DNA from: Phycisphaerae bacterium
GTDB lineage: Bacteria; Planctomycetota; Phycisphaerae; UBA1845; Fen-1342
Length of the DNA stretch: 64,000 bases
Reading direction: 5' to 3'
NCBI GenBank assembly: GCA_050115495.1
Contig: JASFQK010000006.1
Location: 32,001-96,000, forward strand
Positions 19,359 through 28,054 of this stretch are shown here, one piece after another (positions within the stretch are counted from its first letter, which is position 1; each line of letters opens with the position of its first letter). The translations under genes were made by a program, and so were the position numbers. The notes beneath the pieces are model-generated. The model was not told the DNA's origin. It did not search any database and saw only the letters and a program-made list of their open reading frames with translations.

Positions 19359-19913
19359 CTAGTCGAACACGAAGACCGCGGCGGCCAGCACAGTCGTCCA
19401 CAGCCCGTTCTTGTCGCCTTCCGCCGTCTGCACGATGGCCCGGCTTTTGACGATCTGCCCGCTGAGCTTGTAGACCTCGCGACGGGCGTCGTAGTCGGCG
19501 TCGGAGTCGAACTCGATGCCCAGTGTCTCGGCCAGCATGCTCGCCGCCATATCCTCCACGAAGTCGGCGACTTTGCGCTCGGTCATGCCGAAGCCGTGGT
19601 GCTCGGAGATGTAGCCGAACTGCTTGCCGTCGGCCGGGACCGCCAGGCCAATGCCCGCGGCGGCCAGCCGGTTCGGCTCGTTCGTCCGGGCTTCGGCCAG
19701 GACCACGTATACGATCTGTCCCGGCTTCAGTCGGGCCAGCCCGGCCCGGCGCGAGACGATCTTGCAGTACGGCGGGAAGATGCTCGAAACCTTGACGAGG
19801 TTGAACTGGGCGATGCCTGCACTGCGCAACGCCCCCTCGAAGGATTCGAGGTTACGCCGGTGCTTGCCCACACCGCGCGTGAAGAACATCCGAGTAGGAA
19901 CCGGTGTGTACAT
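19359..19913 (-). CDS. pdaD: Pyruvoyl-dependent arginine decarboxylase
   Basis: SFEGALRSAGIAQFNLVKVSSIFPP with Ser-Ser self-cleavage site; GYISEHH; WTTVLAAAVF. Confidence 0.92.
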   Translation of the reverse strand: MYTPVPTRMFFTRGVGKHRRNLESFEGALRSAGIAQFNLVKVSSIFPPYCKIVSRRAGLARLKPGQIVYVVLAEARTNEPNRLAAAGIGLAVPADGKQFGYISEHHGFGMTERKVADFVEDMAASMLAETLGIEFDSDADYDARREVYKLSGQIVKSRAIVQTAEGDKNGLWTTVLAAAVFVFD

Positions 19914-20020
19914 GGCGGCCCTCCTTTTCGGAACGTGCCCGCCCGCCGGCGTGAGCCATCTGCTCCATACCACCGGTTGCACCGCACGGGCCGTTCCCTG
20001 GCTGCCGTAGAAAGGGGGCC

Positions 20021-20048
20021 ATTATAGACCGCTGCTTCTCGGAATCAA
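20021..20048 (-). promoter_or_regulatory. Sigma70-type promoter of pdaD-speB
   Basis: Minus strand TTGATT(20048-20043)-N16-TATAAT(20026-20021). Confidence 0.6.
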
Positions 20049-20121
20049 TGCACCGCGGAAACCGTGTCGCCCGGCCGGCCGGCGTTTGTTTTCCCCACTT
20101 TCGTTTTGGACACTTGACTCT

Positions 20122-20248
20122 GGTGGAGCCCTGAGCCGGCCACTCGCCGGTTCGACAGGATCGGGAGCTGCACCCAGCGGTGCGATCCGTTGGGTGGAAA
20201 GAAGCCCTTAGGGATGCCGGCGGTTTGCGCAAACCGCCGGCCTTTTTT
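20122..20248 (+). ncRNA. Candidate structured ncRNA or attenuator (family not identified)
   Basis: Closing stem CCCTGA/TTAGGG enclosing hairpins AGCCGGC/GCCGGTT and CACCCAGCGG/CCGTTGGGTG, directly followed by an intrinsic terminator. Confidence 0.45.
20216..20248 (+). terminator. Intrinsic terminator
   Basis: GCCGGCGGTT-TGCGCA-AACCGCCGGC followed by CTTTTTT. Confidence 0.85.
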
Positions 20249-20337
20249 CTGCGCCACGCCAGGGCGATAATTCACTGTGCGGCCTGCGCCGCGGGTGAGT
20301 GGCCCGGGCAACGGCTGCCCTGGCAAAGGGCTCCCGC

Positions 20338-21171
20338 GTGTTCCCAGCGATTAACGCCTGGACCTTTCCCTCCGGCACCACACCTGCGGCACAGATTGCC
20401 GGGGCGGCGGCGGCGGGCTTCGCCGGCATCGAGCTGGTCGTCGAAGAAGACGGACCACTGCGGCCGGAAACATCACCCGACGTGTTCGCGGACCTTGGTC
20501 GCCAGGCCGCGGATGCCGGCCTGCGCGTGGCCGGCGTGGCCACCGCGCTGTTCTGGCAGTTCAGCTACGGCTCACCCGAGGCGACGGACCGAGAGCGAGC
20601 CCGCGATCTCACCTTGCGCATGCTCGACCAGGCCGCCGCCGCCGATGCGGGCGCCATTCTTGTCGTGCCCGCGGTCGTCGGTCTGGCGCAGGAACCGCGC
20701 ATGCGCGTCTCCTATCTCGACGCCCTCCAGCGGACGCACGACGCCCTGCTGTCGTTGCGACACGAGGCCGAAGACCGGCGGGTCGTGCTGGCCGTCGAGA
20801 ACGTGTGGAACCGCTTCCTGCTCTCCCCGGTCGAGCTGGCCGATCTCATCGACCGCGTCAACTCGCCATTCGTCGGCGTATACCTCGACGTCGGCAACAT
20901 CCTCGCCGCTGGCTATCCCGAAGACTGGGTCGCCACGCTCGGACGCCGCGTCAAGCGCGTGCACATGAAGGACTACGACCTCAGCAAACCCGGCGAGGCG
21001 GGCTTCTGCCCGCTGGGTGAGGGCAGCGTGAACTGGCCGGCCGTGCTGAGCGCGCTGCGGGCGGCGGGGTATGACGGCCCGCTGACGTACGAAGGGTCCG
21101 GCGACGTTGGCGACGCATATCGCCGACTGGCCGCCCTGCTCGCCCCCGGCCCCACGGAGGATCTGACATGA
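20338..21171 (+). CDS. Sugar phosphate isomerase/epimerase (xylose isomerase-like TIM barrel)
   Basis: GFAGIEL, ILVVPAVVG, LAVENVWNRFLLSP, YLDVGN, VHMKD, GEGSVNW, GYDGPLTYE. Confidence 0.9.
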   Translation: MFPAINAWTFPSGTTPAAQIAGAAAAGFAGIELVVEEDGPLRPETSPDVFADLGRQAADAGLRVAGVATALFWQFSYGSPEATDRERARDLTLRMLDQAAAADAGAILVVPAVVGLAQEPRMRVSYLDALQRTHDALLSLRHEAEDRRVVLAVENVWNRFLLSPVELADLIDRVNSPFVGVYLDVGNILAAGYPEDWVATLGRRVKRVHMKDYDLSKPGEAGFCPLGEGSVNWPAVLSALRAAGYDGPLTYEGSGDVGDAYRRLAALLAPGPTEDLT

Positions 21172-22079
21172 AGTTCGACGGCGCCGCTCTGCTCGATACA
21201 GTCAGCGTGGCGGACGGAGCGTGGGCGACGCAGTTGCGGGCTCGCGGTCTGCCGGTTGGCGAAGCGGCCGAGTCGGCCAACCTGTCGCACCCGGAGATGG
21301 TCGTCGAGCTCGGTCGCGAGTATCTGGCGGCCGGAGCGCGCTGGCTGACCACGAACACGTTCGGCGCCAACCGGCTGGCCCTCGAAGCCCGCCAGCGAAC
21401 CGCCGACGTGACGGAGCTTAATCGCCGTGGCGCCGAGCTCGCCCGCCAGGCCGCGCAGGACGAACCGTCCGCCCTGGTCGTCGGAACGATCGGCCCCTGC
21501 GCCCGAATCCTCGCCGTGGGCGAAGTCCGCGAGGACGAGCTACGCTCCGCCTATGAGCAGCAGGCGACCGCCCTCGCCGCCGGCGGCGTCGACGCCCTCC
21601 TGCTCGAGACCTTCTCCGAGCTGGCGGAGATCCTCGCCGTGCTCCGCGTGGTAAAGGAAGTAACCAACCTGCCGGTCATCGCCAGCATGTCGTTCGACTC
21701 GGGCCCGCAGCGCACGAGCACCATGATGGGCGCCCACGCCGAAGACTGCGCCGCCGCCCTGGACGACGCCGGCGCCGACGTGGTCGGCTGCAACTGCGGT
21801 GGCGGCGTGAACACGGTGCTACCGGCGGTCGTCGCCCTGCGCGCAGCCACGCAGCTTCCGCTATGGGTCAAGCCCAGCGCCGGCCTGCCCGATGTCGAAG
21901 ACGGCCAGCCCGTGTATACGCAGACCCCCGAGCAATTCACCGCGATCGTCCCCACACTCATCGACGCCGGCGCCAACATCATCGGCGGCTGCTGCGGCAC
22001 CGGGCCCGAGCACATCCGGCGGTTAGCCTCGATCGTGGCCACCCGGCAGCGCACGAAAAAACGCCGGCCTGCGAAGTGA
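21168..22079 (+). CDS. Homocysteine S-methyltransferase family protein (stand-alone MetH Hcy-binding domain)
   Basis: DGAWATQL, TNTFGAN, LLETF, GCNC, KPSAGLP, IGGCCGTGPEHI Zn-binding cysteines; ATGA overlap with upstream gene. Confidence 0.9.
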   Translation: MKFDGAALLDTVSVADGAWATQLRARGLPVGEAAESANLSHPEMVVELGREYLAAGARWLTTNTFGANRLALEARQRTADVTELNRRGAELARQAAQDEPSALVVGTIGPCARILAVGEVREDELRSAYEQQATALAAGGVDALLLETFSELAEILAVLRVVKEVTNLPVIASMSFDSGPQRTSTMMGAHAEDCAAALDDAGADVVGCNCGGGVNTVLPAVVALRAATQLPLWVKPSAGLPDVEDGQPVYTQTPEQFTAIVPTLIDAGANIIGGCCGTGPEHIRRLASIVATRQRTKKRRPAK

Positions 22080-22125
22080 CCGGCGGCACCCGCCCCGATA
22101 CCGATGGGCTGTCAGGAGAGCCGAA

Positions 22126-22686
22126 TCAACGGCAGGGGGACTTGTTCGTCGCGCACTGCGTGGGTCGCACGTTGGCGATGATGTCCGCAGAACAGGTGGT
22201 GTCGAGCACGGCCGCGTAGCGCGAACCGCAATAGGCGCAGATCCAGCTTGTGGCCGACTCGCCCGGCAGCGGCCGCAGCAGCGGCAGGGCGAGCCCGCAC
22301 TCGGCGCAGCGGGAGATGCGCCGCGCCTGCTGCTGGATGTTCTGGACAGCGGCGCACAGCTCCTCGCTGGTGAACGGCTTCTGCAGGAAGGCGGCCACGG
22401 AGGATTGTGCCGCCTGATCGCGCAGCGTCTCAGAGGGATACCCGCTGATCAGGATCGTCTCCAGGCGCGGGTTTATCGCCCGCATGAACTCCGCCGTCTC
22501 CAGCCCGTCCAGCGTGCTGCCCAGGTTCCAGTCGGCGATGAGCACGTCGGGGTTGAAACGCTGGGCCAGATCGATCGCTGCACGGCCATCAGCCGCGGTC
22601 TCCACCTCGTGCCCCGCCCGCGCCAGCGAACGCTGCAAGCGCGCCCCGTAGGCCGCCTCATCATCCAGCACCAGCACCCTGAGCAT
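22126..22686 (-). CDS. Response regulator receiver with C-terminal zinc-ribbon
   Basis: VLVLDDE, LIADW, ISGY, KPF; C-terminal CAEC...CAYC. Confidence 0.85.
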   Translation of the reverse strand: MLRVLVLDDEAAYGARLQRSLARAGHEVETAADGRAAIDLAQRFNPDVLIADWNLGSTLDGLETAEFMRAINPRLETILISGYPSETLRDQAAQSSVAAFLQKPFTSEELCAAVQNIQQQARRISRCAECGLALPLLRPLPGESATSWICAYCGSRYAAVLDTTCSADIIANVRPTQCATNKSPCR

Positions 22687-22897
22687 ACGGCGAACTCTCC
22701 GAACAGACTTGAACCGATCCCAGCGACGTGACGTGGGCCGACCCCACTTTCCTCCCGTCGGTCACTACGGCAGCGCACCTTAGCCGGAGTCCGGCCGCGC
22801 AGCAAGCCGCGTCCTGTCCCCTGCCTGGTGGCATGCGCGGTAATCGCATCCCCTCCCTTTTCCCGGACGCGCGGCGCGCGCTGGTCGGCCGCCCGGG

Positions 22898-23275
22898 CTA
22901 CCCCTTCGAAATGGTGCCCCGCAGAGCCTCGTCCACCGCGTCGAGCAGTTGGCGAGCCTCGAACGGCTTATCGAGCACGGTCGCCCCCGTCAGCTCGCGG
23001 ACCTCCGCCTGCAACCCCTCCGCCGGATACCCCGTGACGATGATCGTGGCGAGTCCGGGCTGCTCCGCCTGGAGCTGCTTGATAACATCCAATCCGGTCA
23101 GCTCGTTCTTGAGCATCCAGTCGGCCACGACGACATCCGGCGAGCACTCGCGGGCCGCGCGCAGCGCGGCCTCAGCGCTCTCCACGGCCTGCACGTCGTG
23201 CCCGGCCCGACGCAGCAGACGCTCCAACTGCGCCCGGTACGCGGGCTCATCATCGACGACGACAATCTTTGCCAT
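22898..23275 (-). CDS. Single-domain response regulator
   Basis: IVVVDDE, VVADWML, IVTGY, KPF. Confidence 0.88.
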   Translation of the reverse strand: MAKIVVVDDEPAYRAQLERLLRRAGHDVQAVESAEAALRAARECSPDVVVADWMLKNELTGLDVIKQLQAEQPGLATIIVTGYPAEGLQAEVRELTGATVLDKPFEARQLLDAVDEALRGTISKG

Positions 23276-23494
23276 CGCGCGCACCCATAGATCGGCCCTG
23301 TTGCGCCTGCGGAACCGCCCGAACACTGGTCCCGCAGCCGTTCTCGACACCCAAACTGATTATAGGTGATTCCCCCGCCCCTGTAGTACGAATCGCCCGG
23401 TTTCTGAACCCGAACCGCGGCTTGTTCCCCCCGAAGGACGGCGCCCGCGCCGGGAGCAATTGACCGCATCCCCGGCGCGTGGTATCCGTGCACC

Positions 23495-25048
23495 ATGAAA
23501 CCACGAGAAACGGTCGCCATCCTGGACTTCGGCAGCCAGTACTCGCAGCTCATCGCCCGCCGCGTGCGCGAGAACCACGTCTTCAGTGAGTTGCTCGCCC
23601 CACATACCCCCGCCGCCGAGCTGCACCAACGCGGCGCCCGGGGCATCATCCTCTCCGGCGGGCCGGCCAGCGTGTACCAAGCCGAGGCCCCCACCTGCGA
23701 CCCTGCCATCTTCGACCTCGGCATTCCGGTGCTGGGCATCTGCTACGGCATGCACGTCCTCTGCCGCACGCTCGGCGGGGACGTCAACGCCACCGACAGC
23801 CGCGAGTACGGACGCGTCCGCCTGCACGTCTCCCGGCCGGAGGCCCTGCTGGCCCACGTCGGCGAAGATGTATCCGTGTGGATGAGCCACGGCGACGTCG
23901 TGACGCACGTCGCCGACTGCTTCGAGAGCCTTGCCCAGACCGAAAACTGCCCTGTCGCCGCCGTCCGCCATCGCGAGCGCCCCGTCTTCGGCGTGCAGTT
24001 CCACCCCGAGGTCACGCACACGCCGCAGGGCTCGCTGATGCTGCGCAACTTCCTGTACGACATCTGCGGCTGCCGCGGCGACTGGCGCGTGGACAGCGTC
24101 ATCGAAACCTCGGTCGCCGCCGTCCGCGATCGGGTCGGTCCGGAACAGCGGGTCATCTGCGGCCTATCCGGCGGCGTCGACAGCAGCGTCGTGGCCGCCC
24201 TGCTGCACCGGGCCATCGGCGACCGGCTTGTCTGCATCTTCGTCGACAACGGGCTGCTGCGCCGGCGTGAGCGCGAGCTGGTCGAAGTCACGTTCCGCGG
24301 CCACTTCGGTATGGACCTGCACGTGGTCGACGCCAGCAAGCGCTTCCTGACACGTCTGACCGGCGTGCTCGATCCGCAGGAGAAGCGGCAGATCATCGGC
24401 CACGAGTTCATCGAAGTCTTCAAGGACGAGGCCCGCCAGATTCCCAGCGCCCGCTTCCTCGCCCAGGGCACCATCTACCCGGACGTGATCGAGTCGGGCT
24501 GCGGGGCCACCGGGCACGCCGCGGTCATCAAGGCCCACCACAACGTCGGCGCCCTGCCGAAAGAGCTGGGCTTCGAGCTCGTCGAGCCACTGCGCACACT
24601 CTTCAAGGACGAGGTGCGGCAGGTCGGCCTGGCGCTCGGCCTACCCGAGGACCTCGTGTGGCGGCACCCGTTCCCCGGACCGGGGCTGGCGGTGCGCGTC
24701 GCCGGCGAAGTCACCCCCGAGCGCCTCGAGCTGCTGCGGGCCGCGGACGAGATTCTCCTCGAGGAGATCACCGCCGCCGGCTGGTATGGCAAGATCGCCC
24801 AGGCCTTCGCCGTGCTGGTGCCCGTAGCCAGTGTCGGCGTAATGGGCGATGGTCGCTCGTACGAGGGCCAGCACCTGGCCGTGCTGCGCATGGTTGAATC
24901 GACCGACTTCATGACGGCCGACTGGGTGCGCATCGACCAGAACCTCCTCGCCCGCATCAGCAACCGAATCATCAACGAAGTCTCGGGGGTCAACCGCGTG
25001 GCCTACGACGTCTCCAGCAAGCCGCCCGCCACGATCGAGTGGCAGTAA
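23495..25048 (+). CDS. guaA: GMP synthase (glutamine-hydrolysing)
   Basis: [55 protein letters not shown]. Confidence 0.98.
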   Translation: MKPRETVAILDFGSQYSQLIARRVRENHVFSELLAPHTPAAELHQRGARGIILSGGPASVYQAEAPTCDPAIFDLGIPVLGICYGMHVLCRTLGGDVNATDSREYGRVRLHVSRPEALLAHVGEDVSVWMSHGDVVTHVADCFESLAQTENCPVAAVRHRERPVFGVQFHPEVTHTPQGSLMLRNFLYDICGCRGDWRVDSVIETSVAAVRDRVGPEQRVICGLSGGVDSSVVAALLHRAIGDRLVCIFVDNGLLRRRERELVEVTFRGHFGMDLHVVDASKRFLTRLTGVLDPQEKRQIIGHEFIEVFKDEARQIPSARFLAQGTIYPDVIESGCGATGHAAVIKAHHNVGALPKELGFELVEPLRTLFKDEVRQVGLALGLPEDLVWRHPFPGPGLAVRVAGEVTPERLELLRAADEILLEEITAAGWYGKIAQAFAVLVPVASVGVMGDGRSYEGQHLAVLRMVESTDFMTADWVRIDQNLLARISNRIINEVSGVNRVAYDVSSKPPATIEWQ

Positions 25049-25087
25049 TCGCCGGTCCGCCGTGCATTCCCGCCCGGAGTTGTTCTC

Positions 25088-26149
25088 ATGAGTGATCAGC
25101 AGCCTCTTCGTTTCGGCATCTGTGGCCTCGGCTTCATGGGCCGGACGCACTTCGCCCATCTGCGTCAGCATCCCCGGGCGCAGGTGACCGCGGTCTGCGA
25201 CCGCAATCCGCAACTGCGCAGCGGGCAATGGGGCGCACCCACCGGGAACATGGGCAATGTGCCCGAGCAGACCGCCGACCTGACCGGGGTCACAACGTAC
25301 GCCGATCCGGCGGAGCTGATCGCCGACCCGCAGGTCGACGTCGTCGCCGTCACGCTGCCGACGCCATGCCACGCCGACGTCAGCGAGGCGGCGTTGCGCG
25401 GCGGCAAGCACGTCTTCTGCGAAAAGCCGATGGCGCTCGATCTCGCCGGCTGCGACCGCATGCTGCGCGCGGCCGAGGAAAGCGGCCGAACGCTGATGGT
25501 CGCCCAGTGCGTGCGCTTCTGGCCGCAGTACGAGGTCATTTACGACCTGATCGCCGAGGGCCACATCGGCCCTGTGCGCTTCGCCCGCCTCGCTCGCCTG
25601 GCCAGCCCGCCGCTGTATTCGAGCGACAACTGGCTGATGCAGGGCCCGCAGAGCGGCGGCGGCCTCCTCGACCTGCACGTGCACGACGTCGACTTCGTTC
25701 AGCATCTCCTCGGCCTGCCCGCGACTGTCTTCGCCCATGGACGGTACGGTCCGTCCGGCGGCGTCGACCACGTGCTGGCGACCTACGCCTACAACGACGG
25801 CGCTTACGCCTGCATCGAGGGCGGCTGGACCTACCACGCCCCCTGGCCATTCGAGATGGCCATCACCGTGCAAGGCGAGCAAGGCACGCTCGACTGGAGC
25901 TCGCTGCGCGGCGAACTCGTGCGCTGGTATCACGGCGGAAAGGAAATGCACGCCCTCCCCTGCCCCTCCGGCACGGGATGGACGCGCGAAATGGACTATT
26001 TCGTCGCCTGCGTCGAGCGCGGCGAGCCCGTGAGCCGCTGCCTGCCGGCGTCTTCTCGCGCCAGCATCGCCCTCGCCCTGCTGGAGAGACAGTCGATCGA
26101 AACCGGCCAGCCGCAACGCGTTGACGCGCGGGCCGCAGGGCGGGAATGA
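25088..26149 (+). CDS. Gfo/Idh/MocA family oxidoreductase
   Basis: GICGLGFMG, HVFCEKPMA, GGGLLDLHVHDVD. Confidence 0.92.
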   Translation: MSDQQPLRFGICGLGFMGRTHFAHLRQHPRAQVTAVCDRNPQLRSGQWGAPTGNMGNVPEQTADLTGVTTYADPAELIADPQVDVVAVTLPTPCHADVSEAALRGGKHVFCEKPMALDLAGCDRMLRAAEESGRTLMVAQCVRFWPQYEVIYDLIAEGHIGPVRFARLARLASPPLYSSDNWLMQGPQSGGGLLDLHVHDVDFVQHLLGLPATVFAHGRYGPSGGVDHVLATYAYNDGAYACIEGGWTYHAPWPFEMAITVQGEQGTLDWSSLRGELVRWYHGGKEMHALPCPSGTGWTREMDYFVACVERGEPVSRCLPASSRASIALALLERQSIETGQPQRVDARAAGRE

Positions 26150-26319
26150 GGCACCGTCGGCAGACCGCTCCGAGCGTCTGCCACACCCCCCTGACACCTA
26201 TAATTGTTCGGCCGATATTCTACTCACCGGACAGGTCCGATTTCCGCCATAAGTTATTGAAATATAACGTGTTATTGCGCCTTGACCAACACCGTAACCG
26301 CTCCCGTATAATAGCGACG

Positions 26320-26637
26320 ATGGGACGCTGCATAGTTGTCATTTCGCTGCTCGTCTTGTGCGGTTGCGCGACGCCGCCGCACGCGGTCGTCTACCGGGCG
26401 AGCGACGCAGTGAATGGGTCGACGCCGAACCTCGTGCTCGGCAGTCACCCGGCAGACGTCCTCGTGGCCAGCAGTCTGAACTGGCGTTCTTCGTGGCCGT
26501 CGGTTGAGGCGGGCTATTGGTTCGACGACACGTCGTTTTTCGTTGATGTGCAAGCAGATCAGCAGTATCAACACGGACGGCTTGGCGGGTATTATAGGAC
26601 GACCCAGGCCGTTCGAACGGGTGTGCTGGTTCGTTAA
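26320..26637 (+). CDS. Small hypothetical lipoprotein
   Basis: MGRCIVVISLLVLCGC lipobox; TATAAT ends 7 nt upstream of the ATG. Confidence 0.6.
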   Translation: MGRCIVVISLLVLCGCATPPHAVVYRASDAVNGSTPNLVLGSHPADVLVASSLNWRSSWPSVEAGYWFDDTSFFVDVQADQQYQHGRLGGYYRTTQAVRTGVLVR

Positions 26638-26895
26638 GTGTGCGATCCGGCGACCCGCAGGTCTGAAGCCAAATGCGCAAACACGTGGCCGTCGGGGTCG
26701 CGAAGAGAGTAATGATAGGACAGCAAGTCCTTTCTGCATCAAAAAATAGGTGACTGCTGTCCTTTCGAGGAAATGGGTGCCTAGAATGCTGCAACGCCGG
26801 GCACTTTTGCAGCTTCCGTAGAGCGAGGTTCACTAAAGGGTCGGCCGTGTGCGCCTACGAAATGGCGGCGGCCAGCAGTGAGATTGGAGGAAACC

Positions 26896-27963
26896 ATGAA
26901 GTTGCGATCTGCACCGATTCTTGGCTGTTTTGCCATCCTGCTTACTCTGGCGGACTATCACTTCGACTGCCGTGACCTGGGCGGCGCCGGCCTGATGGAT
27001 GGCCTGTGGCTCGCCGCCGCCGTCACCAACGCGGAGAACGGCGATGCCGAGCTCCAGGGCGAAATCGAAGGCGTGCAGGACCAGATCGACAATCTGTCTG
27101 GTCAGGTCGACACGATCCAGACCGAGCAGCAGCAGCCGGGCGTGCCGGGTGAGAACGGTCTGAGTTGCTGGGATCTCAACGGCAACGGCGTGGCAGACCC
27201 TGAAGAAGACATCAACGGCGACGGAAACTTTGACGCCTACGACTGCCAGGGCACCGACGGTACCAATGGTACGGACGGCATCTCCTGCTGGGATCTCAAC
27301 GGCAACGGCGTCGGCGACCCCGATGAGGACGTGAGCGGCCCGGAAGGTATTCCCGACGGCGCGTACAACGCCTGGGATTGCCAGGGCGCTGACGGTACCT
27401 CCGGCGGCCCGGGCCTGGCCTGCTGGGACCTGAACGGCAACTACGCCGGCGATCCCGACGAGGACATCAGTGGTCCGGACGGCGTCCCCGATGGCAACTT
27501 CGACGCCTATGACTGCCAGGGCGCTGACGGCGAAGACGGCGAAGATGGTGAGGACCTGCGTGGTGTGGTCGCCCGCGGCCGCATCGACGGCATCACTGGT
27601 CTCGCGTTCGAGGCGACCAACCTGACGTCGGATCTGGCGCAGCCGGGTCAGTTCGGCCTGTACGAGATCGTGGCGGACGTGCGCAACGTCGGCTTCGACC
27701 GTCTGGCCAATGCCCAGTCCGTCGACTTCCCGGTGTTCATCACCGTCCGGGCCTACGTGGACGGCGACGACGCGACGACGCCGTTCCTGGGCTTCTACCA
27801 GTTCGAACCGATTCAGCCGGGTGCCCCGGATCCTGATCCGGCCCTGCACATTGACGAGGCCAACGGCATTGCGACGCTGACCTTCAAGGTGCGTATCATC
27901 GACGTTCGCGACGGTGAGTTGGCGCGGCCGGGTGACTTCAGCGTGCTGGTGCTCGAGCCGTAG
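26896..27963 (+). CDS. Secreted protein with coiled coil, collagen-like Gly-X-Y segments and three CWDLNGN Ca-binding-like repeats
   Basis: GGAGG RBS; signal-like N-terminus; 3x CWDLNGNxxxDPxED...DGxxxAxDCQG separated by G-X-Y triplets. Confidence 0.8.
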   Translation: MKLRSAPILGCFAILLTLADYHFDCRDLGGAGLMDGLWLAAAVTNAENGDAELQGEIEGVQDQIDNLSGQVDTIQTEQQQPGVPGENGLSCWDLNGNGVADPEEDINGDGNFDAYDCQGTDGTNGTDGISCWDLNGNGVGDPDEDVSGPEGIPDGAYNAWDCQGADGTSGGPGLACWDLNGNYAGDPDEDISGPDGVPDGNFDAYDCQGADGEDGEDGEDLRGVVARGRIDGITGLAFEATNLTSDLAQPGQFGLYEIVADVRNVGFDRLANAQSVDFPVFITVRAYVDGDDATTPFLGFYQFEPIQPGAPDPDPALHIDEANGIATLTFKVRIIDVRDGELARPGDFSVLVLEP

Positions 27964-28054
27964 ACGATATTCCTCCCACTGTTGGCTGAGCGTCCACAGA
28001 CGACGGCGCCGACCGCTAAGTGTGGTTGGTGCCGTCGTCTCTTGCGCGCTGACT

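Noticed and set aside
20122..20215. SRP RNA (ffs) or SAM/cobalamin riboswitch assignment
   Set aside because: The ends loosely resemble small SRP RNAs, but the CAGG-stem-GNRA-stem-AGCA core is not intact and riboswitch consensus motifs are absent; left unassigned
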